DNA of 64,000 nt from Ginglymostoma cirratum (lineage: Eukaryota), in NCBI GenBank assembly GCA_024137785.1, contig JAHRHZ010000274.1:13419811-13483810 (forward strand). The letters are read 5' to 3'. Below the pieces are notes generated by a model that searched no databases, was not told the DNA's origin, and saw nothing but the letters and a program-made list of their open reading frames with translations. This document shows, in pieces, positions 1 to 13,603 of this stretch. The first letter of the stretch is position 1, and every line of letters starts with the position of its first letter. The translations under genes were made by a program, and so were the position numbers.

Positions 1-562
1 TATAACTCAAACCCGCCACTCCTGGCAACATTCTGGTAAATCTTCTATGAAAGCTCTCCAGCTTAATAATATCCTTCCTATTACAGGGCAACCAGAACTG
101 AACATAGTACTCCAGAAGAGGCCTCACTAAGTCCTGTACAACCTCAACATGACATTCCAACTCCTATATTCAAAGTCTGAGCAATGAAGGCAAGCATGCT
201 AAATGCCTCCTTTACCACTCTGTCTAGATGTGATGCAAACTTCAAAGAATTATGTACCTGAACCCCTAGGTCTCTCTGTTCTACAACACTACCCAAAGCC
301 CTATTTTTAATTGTATAAGTCCTGCCCTTGTATGTTTTACCAAATGCATACCTTGCATTTATCCAAATTAAACTCCAGCTGCCACTCCTCAGCCCATTCA
401 TCCAAATGATCAAGATTGCTTTGTAATCTTACATAACCTTCTTCATTGCCCACTATACCACCAATTTCGGTGTCATCCACAAACTTACTAATCATGCCTT
501 CCATATTCTCATCTAAAATATAAATGACAAACAAAAGTGGACCCAGCACCGATCCCTGTGGA
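1..562 (-). mobile_element. CR1 LINE ORF2 fragment (RT C-terminal region), frameshifted
   Basis: ORFs 337..549 and 144..413 give LGPLLFVIYI..ISKFVDDTEIGG..WAEEWQLEFNLDKCKV and LGSVVEQRDLGVQVHNSLK, typical CR1 RT motifs. The fragment runs off the window start. Confidence 0.95.
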
Positions 563-1499
563 ACATCACCATTAGGACAAATGCAACAGTGCTAAATGAT
601 TAAATGAAATTTAGCATTCTTGCATTTGTCCTGGTTAGCCAAGGTGATAAGCTTCTGCAACGTGTGCACTACTAATCAAAAACTCATGTACAGTAATAAC
701 ATAGATCTGAAAAACATTATATACTTCATTAACTTCAGCAATGTTGGCATGCTACAAAATCTTATGGCTGCTGTCTCATTGAAATTTCCATTGATATAGT
801 ATGAGCAGTGATTTTGCTGCTAAACCAATAGGAATGATAGGAAATCATATTGGCATCAATCACAAACAGTTGAAACTATAAACCAGAGTTCACATGTAAC
901 TGGTCAGAATGCCATTGCATGAGACTTTGAACAAATAAGATAGACACAAAAATCTAGATATAATTAAGACATATGCTATTGATCATATCTTCCCATAACT
1001 ACTCTGCAGGTTAGTTTGCATCATATCTTTGAGAAAGAACAGTGATTACAGTAATTTTAAAAGGCTATGACTCTAAACATTGAAATTTGCATTCAATGCG
1101 ACCTGGTACACTGGAGAATGTTGTCTAAACTTTAGGGTAAAGAAGACCATTGAAAAAGGTCTTTTCTTCTTATGAAAGCAAGGCGAGTAACCAAAATTCA
1201 TTGTTCAAAACACTAACATGCACTTTTTAAAATTTGTTCATGGGATGTAGGCAATACCAATATTTGTTTCTCATCCCTAGTTGCCCAGTTAAGGCAATAA
1301 GTAAGAGAATACTTAAGAAAGTAGGTTCAAAGTGTCAATTGATTTGAAATTTAGAGGGATAACACAAAATTAAGCTAATTTGCCTTAGCACATTACCACA
1401 GAAAGAATGAAAACAGACCAGCTACACTGAGACTTCAGCAGAATTGTCCCCTCCCTGGAGGTGGCAAGAAGGATGTGAGTATCTCTCCAGTGCTAATTT

Positions 1500-2110
1500 G
1501 CCTAATTATTTGCCCCTCTTGCCACTCGCCCACATTAGGTTTTGGAATGAGAAGGTCCTTTAGGGACTTTTCTACTACCACCAATTAAGACCCTTAAGTG
1601 GCTAATTTATTGCTACTTAAGGGTCTCATCTTGCCACCGCCCCAATTCCATGCCTCAGTGGAAGGCAGGAAAGGCGACCAGCTTCCCAAAGGTGGCCTGC
1701 CTACCAGGTTGGGGAAATGGTCTCCAAATGCCTAAGTCTAGCCAATCAGAGGCTGGGGAGTCAGGGGTTGGCCCCTAAAAATTCGGTTGCCTCCAAATCC
1801 CCTAACACCCACTCCTCACATCCCTTACCCCAACAACAAGAAAATTAAAAGAACACTCACACTAACAGCTTGGTTCCATGCTTGAGGAGTAGGCCTCAAT
1901 CAGCAATCTTTGGGACTCAGAAGCTACAAACCTCTGAGAGCAGTAAGTCACTGAGAAGCTCACCCATGTTTTGCTTGACAACTCTTAATGAGCTTCTTGG
2001 CATTGATAGGATGGGTTATCATGGCAGAGCTGTATGTAGTTGCCACCTTACACTTCTGGCCCCAACAGTTTGAAAAATTTTGGAAAATCATGGTGGTGTC
2101 ATGCTGCTGA
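1500..2110. mobile_element. Degenerate non-autonomous DNA-transposon-like repeat related to 35900-36607, in opposite orientation
   Basis: GC-richer block. ctaccaccaattaagacccttaagtggc resembles the reverse complement of 36425-36460 (ccaccaccaattgaggacattaaatgggc). Confidence 0.5.
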
Positions 2111-3329
2111 CCAGTTCTGGATGGTATCAAAATATTGAGCATTTTATGATGTAAGCGACAATAATGCAGCATCTAAGAATAAAAGAAAGAGACAGAGAGG
2201 AACAGAAAAAGTCTTTTGATTTCTGCATACCTCTGAGAGCAATTTACTAGCTCTAGGAATGAGTCCCTTGTTGGGACTAGGTGCCATTGCAGAAACATCA
2301 ATCTTCTCATTCGAAGGGTTCTTACGTCTTTAAGTAACAGCCCTAAATTTCTCCAGTGAGTTTAATTTAATTGACTGCAGAATTCCTGCAATGTTCCAAT
2401 TTTGTGAAACTAAAGACTGACAGCACAAGCTGTACTGAAATTTGTGGGAATTCACAACTCACAACATATATCTTCAAGTGTTTTAAAAGTGCTGGGAAAA
2501 AATAACAGTGAATTGATTTTAAAAAAAGGGCAATAATGGAATCTGCATTAAGCTTATAATGTAATTAAGAATGCAAGTTCTATGAAAATACAAGGACAGG
2601 AGAATGCTGACAACCACTTTGAATTCTCACGTCAAATTCACTAAATTATGAGTTTGCAATCTCAGCTGCCTGAAGCTAAAATCCCTGAATAAAGAGACGC
2701 ACTGTTTGTACCAGAACTCCTGGCTCTCACTTGAAATCTTTTTGAATCATTTGAACTAGCACTATTGTCACAAGAGTCACTGGGTCAGGAATTCTATTGC
2801 AGTGGGACCCAGACACAGATGAACTAATTTCAGAAACAAAAGCAATGAGGGAAATGTTTTCTTTAAAAGAAGTTTACAGAAATGAAAGAGAATTATTAGC
2901 TGAGTAAATGTAAAGACAATTCAGATTTAAATATTGAATACTGTAATTGATTCTTGAATTGATTTTTATAACTGATTTTTCTGCTAATCAATTACATTGA
3001 GAAGGAGAAATTTTTATATGTGGATGTGTTGCAAAATGTAGTTTGCTTCTGCCGATAGATTTAGCACTCCAAACAGCTTTAAATATGTCATAACATGGGG
3101 AAAAAGAAGGAAATGATCTATTTACCTGATACTAATGAGGTGGGATGATAATACAAAGTTGGACAGAACAGAAAATAGCCTCTGGCTAAGCCATATAACA
3201 CCAGTAAAATAGGCTACTTAACATATCTTTAACAGTGAAATAGAGTACATCAATCTTTCTCCAGTACCTTAAATCACACTACTTTTGTTTTTTGCCAAAT
3301 GCACTGCAGGAAAAAACATTTTCAAATAG

Positions 3330-3601
3330 AAAGTAGCTAGGGTATGCAATGAGATAGTAGGAACTGCAGATGCTGGAGAATCTGAGATAATAAGGTGTAG
3401 AGCTGGATGAACACAATGTACTGCCTGAAAGTGTGGTGGAGGCAGGTAGGTTCAACTGAGGCTTTCAGAAAAGCATTGGATGATTATTGTTTCAATTTTA
3501 ATGTGCAGGGTTTTGGGAGAAAGGCAGGAGATTAATTCTAGTCAAAATGATCAGAGATTCTGTGCAGGCACAATGGCCTGAATGGCCTCCTTCTGCACCA
3601 C
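3330..3601 (+). mobile_element. CR1 3' end fragment interrupted by a Penelope-derived piece
   Basis: gtatg..aatgtactgcctgaaagtgtggtggaggcagg ... ggcctgaatggcctccttctgcacc is the CR1 3' region; 3351-3414 is inserted into it. Confidence 0.8.
3351..3414 (-). mobile_element. Truncated Penelope-derived terminal repeat (no ribozyme core)
   Basis: gagatagtaggaactgcagatgctggagaatctgagataataaggtgtagagctggatgaacac is near-identical to the start of the 58950 element. Confidence 0.85.
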
Positions 3602-4469
3602 AACAGTTATGTCATTTTGTGATTTTTGTATGTGTGATGCAACGTACTTCAGAAATACCATTAAAGGTTGGTTGATAACATTTTGATACTTCTATTAAAA
3701 TGTATTTCTTAGCTGCTTTACTTCAACGGCAATTTGTTTTTGCAAAGTGGTTTTAACTTGTCGGGTGGAGGGTGAAAACACAAGCTTGCTCACTGTTTAA
3801 TGTCAGATTTAAACTGACTAAGTAAGTGATCCAGTCAGGAGAAGGAGAGGTCGACCTTTTACTCTCATCTACTGAAGGGCAGATTGACATTTAATGATTT
3901 GCCAAGCAATGTCCACTTGCACAATGTGCAGTCTTGCATCATTTAATTAGGTGCGTAAAAGGAATTTTGAATCAGATCCTTTATTTATTCATAGGATAAG
4001 GGCATTGCCCTGAACACTATCTGGGCCTCTGGGTTAACAGTCCAGCAATATACCACTAGTCCATCGCCTCCCCTCTATACACCTACGTTAAAACATCCCT
4101 GAAGGACAGAAATAATAGAAAATGGAAAATGAATCAGTCTGGGGAAGGTGTGCTTTCTAGCTGCTGAATCCTGTCTATATGCAATAGAAATGGCAATAGC
4201 ACAATAACTGAAAATAATACTTTAAATTGAGTGGTCCCTATGAATTAGACAGAACTTAGAACTGCTGTTGTCACTCTTTGCTCATTAAGTTGCCCCATAA
4301 GAAAATGTTTGCCCCATTTATCATTGCACAGTTATTCTTTCCCAGCACTTTGGAGCTCCTTCAATCCTTCATTCATTCTACACTGTACTGGTATTTAAGT
4401 ACAATAATTGTCACCTAATTTGATTTACCTCTTTGATGTTGCAAAGTGATAATGTCAAGTCTATCAGCA

Positions 4470-4806
4470 ATCCAAAGGCTCAGCTTAATGCTCTGCAGAT
4501 GTAGCTTCAAATCTCACCTTGGCAGCTGGTGTAACTTGAATTCAAAATCTTAATAATAATTAATTAATATTTATAGAATTGTAGTCCAGTCTCACTAACA
4601 GGTATTCTAAAAAGCCAATGGATTCATTAATTCCCTTTAGGGGAAGGAATCTTCCAATCTTACCCTGTTTGGCCTGCAAGTGACTCCAGACCCAGGTCAA
4701 TGTAATTGACTCTGAACTACCTTCAGAAATGGCCTAGCTAGCCATTTAGTTGTAACAATTAAGGAGAGGCAACAATTGCTGTCTTTGCCAGTGATGCTCA
4801 TATCCA
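4470..4806 (+). mobile_element. tRNA-derived SINE with LINE-type 3' tail
   Basis: B-box-like gcttcaaatctcacc, body ccctttaggggaaggaatct..tgactccagaccc, tail gcaacaattgctgtctttgccagtgatgc. Homologous to 57126-57494. Confidence 0.75.
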
Positions 4807-5399
4807 CTCTGTCAATTCACTCTTAGCATGTCATATTCTGTAGGCCTTCATCTTTCACCTGAGATTCTCAAAGAAAAGAAAATCTGCAGCGGCAGTTTCT
4901 TCATCTCTGGGCCAACAGAGGTGTTCACGTCCCTTCTCAAGATGTGGTATCTACAGAAGCCTTTTGTAACACATCCAAAGAGATTGATTTAAAAGAAAGT
5001 TTTAATCTACTAGTGGTAATTAAAGGATCAATATCTCACTTCTGGACAGTCTCATGCCCTGGAGAGAATTCCCTCCAAGCTCTGCTGCAACACATATAAG
5101 CAATCACCTTTAAACTAAATTGCTCTTTCAGAATTCATGGGTTTAAGTGAAACTCCAGTTTTGCAATGAAGCCAGAGACGTGGGTTTCTTTCATGACAGG
5201 TTAGACAAAATGATCTTCAATGCCTTGTACAATGTAACATTGGAAGACTGTCATATGTACAAGCTTTTATAATAGCATTTTGTCAGTTTTTGTTAATGGC
5301 AGTGCTTCTACTTACAACCTAGAAGGTGCTGAATCTATTGCCTATTTGAGGACTTCAAAAATGTAATATCGGACAATACTTTAATTTTACAGCTGGTGT

Positions 5400-5700
5400 G
5401 CCTCATTGTCAGAGGTACTGCTTTTTCACTGCTACTTTAGAGCTAGGTAACAGCTGCCTTTCAGGACAACAAAAAAGATTCTGAAACATGTTTTCAACGA
5501 AGAGTAGAGGGCAGACCAAGCATCCTGGTTAATCTTCATCCCTATCCCAAACCTTCAAGACAATTTACTTGGTCATTACTTCCATTGCATTTGTTTTGAG
5601 GTCTTGCTGCGAAGGCTGCTGTATTCGCTCACAAAAAAAATTTAATTTGTTGACATAGGATATTGTGAAGACATAAATGGTGAAATTGAAATGCATCTGT
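5400..5700 (+). mobile_element. Degenerate Deu-domain SINE
   Basis: cattgtcagaggtactgcttttt..aaagatt..gaagagtagagg..ggtcattacttccattgc aligns with the 8090-8520 copy. Confidence 0.6.
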
Positions 5701-7271
5701 TGTTATTTTTCTTTTTTTTAAATTAGGGATTAAAACTTTGTTTTAACCAAAAAATACAAGCATAACAACACAATCAGAGCAACATACTTCATTCAAACAT
5801 GCAGTTTCTGAAAATGGACTGGTTCAGTAGGCCATGGATTATGGGGAATGGCATGAAATCTACTATTTACTATTAAGAGGAATCTTGTATCTATCAAAGT
5901 GAAGGTGACATTTTGTGAAGGCTTTGAAGGCTCTTTGATGGGTCTGCTCCTTAGCTTCAGTATGAAACATTTACAGCTCATGTACAACATACCGAAATGT
6001 GGAGCAAACCAGTTTTTTCTTGGAGTTAATCATGGTTTTTAGACCCAACCTCAAAATATTGCTGTCTGTTTCACTAGGATTCAATGTTTCCTTCTTCATT
6101 CCAATCCTTAGTGAGATTGCAAATTTACTACTTGCCATTTGACCACAAGAAACAGGGTTGAGGCTTCCAGCACTTGTGATTTACAAGAACAAGAGGAAAG
6201 AAATTTTTGTCTTAAAATGTCGATGTTTGATTTAAAAAGTTGGAATTTTAGGACCAGCAGTGAAGCCATGCATTCCGTATTGACCTTGAAGAAAGCAATG
6301 CTACCTAGCAATCTATTGGCAAAAAATCTACTTCATTTGATATGCCATTGATTGTAATGAAGTTTAACAGGAATTCCCAGTGTCAAACTGCAGTGATGCC
6401 ATCAAGCTGTCTTTGTAACCAGTTACATCAAAGATTTTGCACAACAAAGCAAGAAATGAGATGCAGTGATAATCATATCATTTGTTAAAAATGCAGACCT
6501 AATATTGGAACATATGACACAATTAAGTCCAACTTTTTTTAAATTGACACCATCAAGTTTAAACGTCTCACAAATAACCTGAATGGAGACATTGAATAAA
6601 ATTTTTGATGGAATTACATTTCAGGGCCAGATCGGTTGTTCAGTAGCAATTAATACCTAGATTACTGTTAAAAATCTATTTGTACCTCATTGATAAAGAC
6701 TTATCGTTTTATGCAAGTACAAACAGCAGTGAGAATGGAAAACGACACCTTCTCAATTGACTTCACTGATTGCTGGATCTGTTGGCTGTTGAGTGCAACC
6801 TGTGGCACAGCAGTTAATGACAGAGCCCCAACTTCAGGATTCACACATTAATCTGCACTTACACTAAATCATGAATCTGCAATCGGATTCAGAGAGGTTA
6901 TGGTGTTGAATGCAAACAGTTCACTGTTCAGGACATTGCAAAATGCCAATATCTGAACCACTGTACCACCTGCATAATCTATAAATATATTTTTCTTTCT
7001 TAGTGAGCACTTAACAAATTATACATGCATTGCATCTTTATTTAGATGATGGTATGTATTTAAGTGATCTACCTAGAAAAAAATGCCACACGGATTCGGC
7101 AGATTGACCATGTGTGATAACTGGAGTATGTAAGGAACTTCAATCTCCAAACACATACGCAGTATACTTCTATTCTTGGTCAACAGGGACATTAAGGGTG
7201 TAAGGGATTGGTATAGGGGAGGCAGATGGAAAACAACAGAAGGAAAAGTCACACCCCATGGACAGTTATAG

Positions 7272-7625
7272 GTTCATAGTCATAGAGATGTACAGCAAAA
7301 AAAAGGGCCCTTCAGTCTAGCATGCCCACGTTGGTCAAATTCAACCACCTAACTATTCTAATTCTATTTTCCAGCACTTGGCCTATAGGTCTATAATGCA
7401 TTGGCATCACAAGTGCCCAACTAAATACTTCTTAAATATTATGAGGATTTCTGCCTCTACAACCCTAACAGGTAGTGAGTTCCAGATTCCCACCACACTC
7501 TGGGAGAAAAGGTTTATTCCTCACAAATCCTGTAAACTTTCTACAGCCTTCGTTTAAATCCATACCTGCCTGGTCATTGATCCTTCAATCAAGGGGTAAA
7601 GTTTCTTCCTGTCCATCCTATCTGT
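7272..7625 (-). mobile_element. CR1 LINE 3' end
   Basis: catagtcatagagatgtacagc..ggcccttcagtc tail and ggtagtgagttccagattcccaccacactctggg, homologous to 42790-43350. Confidence 0.85.
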
Positions 7626-8089
7626 TGGTGAAATATGGTTCTACAGTGTCAAGTCATGCTGCATTTTGACACTGAGAGCTGAACGGACCTGATCAGCCAT
7701 TATGGAGCGTAACATATTGGAAGTTAAATTTGTCCTCTTCCAGTATCCTTGGGTGTGCACTTTCAGCAAAGCTTAATGAGCAGCAATTCCTGGCCTAGGG
7801 ACAGTTGGACTAATGAAAATATTCCAAAGCCTATAAAACAAATTGCAGTGAATATTTTGAAAACAAAAAGAATCATTTTAACCCAAACCCCTAGCAAAAA
7901 ACTGATGAGATCAGATCAGGTGTAAGCCTTCCTGACTTTGATATCAATGGAAGCTGAAATTAGACAAGGTGTAAAGTACATGGAAGACTGAATTCTATCC
8001 ATACTCAAGCAGACAGGTTAGATTACTATTAATATGTAATATATCAAATCATCCTGCCAGTGTTTCTTTTGGAACCTTAGTCCATTTTA

Positions 8090-8520
8090 TGTGTCAGCTG
8101 TTGTTCAATAATAGCATTCTTGCCTTGGAGTTGGAATGTTGTTGGTTTGAGCTGTACTCCACACAAATCAGCACATAATTTAGGCTGAAAAAGTGCTGTA
8201 CTGTTGGTGCTGTCTTTTAGCTGACACTTACCGGCAGGCCTGTCTGCTCTGTCAGTTGGATGTAAAAGATCCCGTGGCTTTATTCCAAGTAGAGCAGGGA
8301 ACTTCTCTATGATGTCCTAGCCAATACTTATCCCTCAGCTAACATCACTAATACAGATTATCTGGTCATTCATCCCATTGCTGTCTGTAGAACATTGCTG
8401 TGCAAAAATTGACTATTGATTTTCTTCTAGCACAGCAATGACTACATTGTGTTAGCTCTTCACAGAATTTAAAGTGCTTTAAGAAGTTGTAAATTCATGG
8501 AAGGTATCATATAAATAAGT
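8090..8520 (+). mobile_element. Deu-domain SINE (SacSINE1/AmnSINE1-type), near full length
   Basis: tRNA-like head followed by gtgctgtactgttggtgctgtcttt..ggatgtaaaagatcccgtggc..agagcagggaacttct..ccaatacttatccctca..cagattatctggtcatt, the recalled Deu-domain consensus. Confidence 0.85.
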
Positions 8521-9409
8521 GCTGTATCTTGTTGTTGATGCTTGACACTTAAAAAAACCTAAATTGAACTATTTTGAAGATTAATTCACTTCTTTACTGG
8601 TTTATAATCCTTGAGGAGTTCATACATAACAATTGAGACTTGCTGAAACTCATACTGAAACCTCCTCATGAACAATTAATTGCTGGGCTCGTTGGAATAT
8701 ATTTACAATTAGGGTTCAAGTCTGGTCAGAAGACCTTGGGGGTGGGGGTAGCTGTATTTGACATGGATCCAAAGGGCTGCCTTGTCCTAATGGCGTGTTA
8801 TGCTATGCCTCTGGTTAATTTTGTGGTGAGCAATGTAAACTATGAAATGCAAAGTTGTTTTTCAATAATGTCCCCTGTCGTGCCAACCTATAAACCCAAG
8901 AAACGAACACAGGATGTGGGAGACACAATTAACACGCAACCAGATCTACATGATTTGTAAGTACAACATCATCTGTGAATGTTGTGAACAATAATCTTAA
9001 CACAGGCAGATTTAATTTATATTAGCTAAGATGACTAAGTGCTACATAGCCTCATAATACCTTCATTGAAGTGTGTGTGTCTTTATGTGCATGTATAAAG
9101 TATTGAAATGTGCAGCTCAGTACTGCAGAAAGTGAAAGTTACCCTGAAAATTACATTTTATTGTGGATTTTTAAGCAGATTAATGAAACTTCTTTCTTTA
9201 AGAAGTGCAAATAGTTTATGGCTCATAGGCTACAATATAAAACAATTATCAAAGCTAATTTCTTTGCAAAACATCAGGAAAGGCTTTGCTTCTAGAAGGT
9301 TTGCACACATTTTTCCTGCCAGTGTAGAAGTATGGCAAATTTATTAAGTAAAAACTAACATTCCAGTAATAATTGCAAATCAAGAGATGAAATAACCACA
9401 ATCACTGTG

Positions 9410-9600
9410 CAACGAGTTCTGTGAAAATTATTAGGACTAAAAGCTAACAATTTCCCAGGTTCTGATGGACTTGATCTTTGAGTCCTAATAGTAGCTGCTG
9501 AGAAAGAAGCTGCAACAGTTCCAATTTTCTGTATTTCTCTGGATTCTAGAAAGGTCCTACATTTTGGAAAGTAGCAAAAGTAACTCTTCTACTTAAAGTA
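9410..9600 (+). mobile_element. CR1 ORF2 internal fragment
   Basis: ggactaaaagctaacaatttcccaggttctgatggac..tggaaagtagcaaaagtaactcttctactt corresponds to a degenerate (K)SPGPDG..WKVANVTPLFKK. Confidence 0.7.
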
Positions 9601-10369
9601 TCTTAAGTTATGCTCACCAATATTGTGCAAGCATATTAATCACATCAGTAGTAAGTAAGACATAGCAAAGTCTTGTCAAAGAAGTCAGAACTCAATCCAA
9701 ATAGAAATTTTACCAACTAACCACTACACCCCCACTGTCCAGCAAAGAAATTTTATTTAGGTTTTATTTATGCTTATGATATGTTAGTTATTGAAAGCAT
9801 CTTTTGAAATAATGCACAGCACACTATTGTGAAGATTGCTAGTAAGTGTTTTCAGAGATATTTATTGTCCTTGTATATAGGTGAAGAGCATGTGCACTCT
9901 ACTAACAGCTAAATGGAAACCATGTAGACAGGTTCCTGCATGGTTTGGCTTGGAGATTTAAGAAACTTGAGCATGTTGTCGGACTCTCAAATTATCAATA
10001 TGAGTGATACGTTTAAACGTTGGCATTTGGCTGATTACTTGACTTTATCTTTAGTGGAAATGAAATTAGACAAAAATATTTAAATACATGCATCTCTTTC
10101 TCTCAAAAAATTCTCATTCACAATAAGATAGCTAGTTACATCCAAAATAAATACCAGAATACTCATAACACTCATCAGTAGTCATGTTTCAACCAAGTAT
10201 GAAATAATAAATCTCTAAAGATTAAATATACAGCAAAACATGTAAATACATTTAATTATACAAAAATATAAATGTTACTATCCCATCCTCAAATACTTCA
10301 AACAACTTGCTCCCACATAGACATCCCTTCACAACAGTATGTCTTCCCGTAACAAGGTTGAATTTACTT

Positions 10370-11135
10370 GATCATCCAGTCTCAAGGCTTTGGCTGACAT
10401 GTGACAAGTACCATTTGTGTCACACAAGTGCCAGGAAATTATTATGTCACATGAGAGAGAATCTAACCATCTCATCTTGATGTTCAATGGCATTACCATT
10501 ACTGAGTCCAGCATTATCAACATCCCTGTGGGTTTACCACTGACTAGCCATTTAAGGGCAATAGCTACTTAAGCAGGCTATAGGTTAGAAATTTTATATT
10601 AAATGTAGCTCCAAGAACACTCAAGAGCTCAACACCATCCAGAACAAAGCAAACTGCTTGATTGGCACCCTACCTAACGTATTCAAGATTCTACTCCCTT
10701 CACCACTGACACACAGTGGCTATAGAGTGCAAGATTCACTGCAGCAACTAACCCAGACTCCTTTGACAACACTTTCCAACCTTTAACCTCTACTTCCTAG
10801 TAGAATGTCTGGTTGGCATGGGCAAGTTGAATCGAAGGGTCTGTTTCCATGCTGTACAACTTGATGGCTCTATGACAAGGGAAAGGATGTGTCAGAATAT
10901 TAGTTGAAAGTTCTCCTTCAGGTGTTATTTCATCCTGATTCAGATCTAATCATTCTTCCTTCATTTTTGCTGGGTCAAAAATCCAGAACTCACTTTCTGA
11001 GAACACATGGGGTGTACCTACACACTAAAAATGGCAGTGGTTCAAGAAGAAAACTTATTGCCATCTTCTCAAGGATAATTAATGATTTGCAATAAAAGTT
11101 GCCTTAGTCCATACTGTCTACATCCCATGACTGAA
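10370..11135 (+). mobile_element. CR1/L2-group LINE 3' portion with a nested CR1 tail (~10805-10875)
   Basis: caaggctttggctgacatgtgacaagtaccatttgtgtcacacaagtgccagg (QAWADKWQVTF..KCQ-like), 3' tail caataaaagttgccttagtcc..catcccatga. Same family as 46665-47800 and 60490-64000. Confidence 0.8.
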
Positions 11136-11779
11136 TAATTAAGAGTGTCCCAGAGCTGACCATGTATTAGCAGGGCCTTTTTCAGGCCACCTGCATAGGA
11201 TGACACATGAATTTCTGTGGATTTCATTGGACACCTGTAATGGGCTTGAGCAACAACTGCCCATTCATATTCTTCTGTTTCTCTGTCCTGTCCACCCTGT
11301 TCCTAACGTAGCAAGCCATTGTGATTCTATCGGGACCTTTCCTATCACTGAGGCTGTATTGTAAGTCTGGAGAGTTGTACCAGTAGCTAAATTATGTAAA
11401 CTTTGACAATTTAAAGAAGAATGTCAATTCATTCCTTATAAATCCACAAGGGCCTCCCAGTCAGCCGCCATCGACTGTCTGGGCCTCCCGCTAATATATA
11501 TTTAAGAGTTACTTTCAAAACATTTTAAACAATTGCACAAAAAGAGTTTCAGAGAATTAAGCTGAACATTGCTCTTCAATTGGCTCCCAGGGCAATAAAA
11601 GTTTTAAAGGACAGCTCTTCATAGCATGCTTAACTGTCGCGCCAATTAAAAAGTTGCTCAGTGTATCTAATTTTCTTTCTATTTACAAATAACTGGTGCC
11701 AGATATTACTGTTTATTCAAGGAATACACAAACATAATTTAACAAGATCTACTTTTTAAGACCTAGAATTTCTTAGAGA

Positions 11780-12460
11780 AGAACAGAAGAAACAGAACTA
11801 AGGGTTGGACATTTGAGCCTGCTCTGCCAATCAATAAGATCATGCCTGCTCTGATTTTGGACTTAATGTCATTTTTCTGCCTTCTTCCAATTACCCTTGA
11901 CTCTCTTGTGGTTCAAATTTTTGCCTCAATCAACCTTGAATATATTCACTGCTCTGTGAGATAGAGAATGCTAAAATTTAACAACCCTCTTAGAGAAGAA
12001 ATTCCTCCTCACCTAGATCTTAAATAGAAGACCAGTTACTTTGAAATTGCAGCCCCAACATCCTCACTCCATTTATCCTAACAAGCCCCTTCAGAATCTT
12101 ATATGTTTCAGTAAGATCATCTCTCATTCTTGTAAAAGCTGTAAAATGTAGACCCAAACAGCTCAACCTTTCATCATAAACAGCCCTTTATCCCAAGAGT
12201 TAACATAGTGAACATTCTCTAAACTGCTCTAGTGCAAATGTATCACCCCTTAAGTAGGGAAACTAGAATTGTAATATATTCCAGGTGAGATCTCACTAAT
12301 GCCCTGTATAATTGTGGTACAACTGCCCTCCCTTAATACTTCACCCTACTTGCAATTGAGTCAACATTTAATTAATCTTCCTTGTTAATTACTATAACTA
12401 TGTTGCTAATGTTTTGTGACTCATGTATGAGTCCAGATCCCATTATAATGCTGTATTGTC
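11780..12460 (-). mobile_element. CR1 LINE 3' part
   Basis: tttgagcctgctctgccaatcaataagatcatg..gagaagaaattcctcctca..ccaggtgagatctcactaatgccctgtata are reverse-strand CR1 3' motifs. Confidence 0.85.
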
Positions 12461-13496
12461 TGATTCACAGCTGTCAGACATACAGAGAATGAAGAAAGCC
12501 CTTTCTCATTTTCTGTAGGTGCAGTGGGACTTGACTGTTAGGATTTCTGGGGTAATTACTCTGGAGCAAAAATGTACCTTGTCATCAATGTCACAAAAGA
12601 GCTTCCTACCGCATTCAGGCAATTTCTTATTCTTTGCAGAGGTACTGTCACTGAATGAGCTTATCAACTTTGCTCTCCAGAGACAAACAATAGTAGAAGA
12701 ATTCAGTAATACCTGGACACAAGAAATACAAGTGTTTGCCCCAAGCCAAAAAATGAAAATTTCCATTCTACCTGAAGTTAATTCATAACTGTTTGTTTTG
12801 TTCACTTGTAAAACTCATTCAATTAAATAAAATCCTGTTGCTGTCCAGGAAGTTTCTCTCCCACACTGTTAAAATAAGTCACTACAGCTACAAAACACTT
12901 ACTCGCATTCCTATGACTCAGTAATTGGAATAGTGCAGCATTATTGTCATCAACCCAAAGTTAATCATCCCAAAATCTTACAAGTTTATCATTAAACTCC
13001 TTCATAGACACAGATCAAACCCACATGCCACGAGTTCAAAATCCAAACGATAAATACATATATCACACACCTCAAATCACAACTGTATTAAGCCCATCAT
13101 GCTGTGAGTATACTATATGCTATGTTTTACATAATTGTCCATTTGCATGCTCCAACATGTACAATGCATCATGGGGAACATTCAGCTTTCTTCCATAGCT
13201 GCCTTTATTTTGAAATTATTGAATTAGTCACTAATTTTAATGAGATCATTTTAAACTTCAGTAAGATTGCAAATTCAACAAACCTGTCATCTTATTGGCA
13301 TGTCCAAATGTCATAAATTTCTAAGAATCCCTTATAAATGGGAGATGTTAAAATCCTGCAGCAAATCTAATGTATGGTTTTGTGTTCAAACCACCATTAT
13401 GGGAGCAACAGAAGTGATTTTGGACATGAAACATTTTGCTACCAGTTTCTAAGTTGGGGTAATTTAATACACAAAAACTGTCCATTTTATAGTCTA

Positions 13497-13603
13497 AGAT
13501 AACAAGCATGGGGCTGGATGAACACAGCAGGTCAAGCAGCATCATAGGAGCAGGAAAACTTGACGTTTCGGGCCTAGACCCTTCATCAGAAAAAACTCTG
13601 ATA
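13497..13603 (-). mobile_element. Penelope-derived short insertion with intact hammerhead core and 15-bp TSD
   Basis: The minus strand reads ctgatgaagggtctaggcccgaaacgtc (13562-13589). Flanks are ccattttatagtcta (13482-13496) and ccattttattgtcta (13604-13618). Confidence 0.85.
13562..13589 (-). ncRNA. Minimal type I hammerhead ribozyme motif
   Basis: CUGAUGA core, an extra A, stem II GGGU-CUAG-GCCC, GAAAC and a GUC cleavage triplet. The palindromic ACGU stem III suggests a dimer-dependent ribozyme. Confidence 0.7.

Noticed and set aside
8640-8960. 106-aa ORF
   Set aside because: Non-ATG start, no recognisable domain or splice context; the length is expected by chance.
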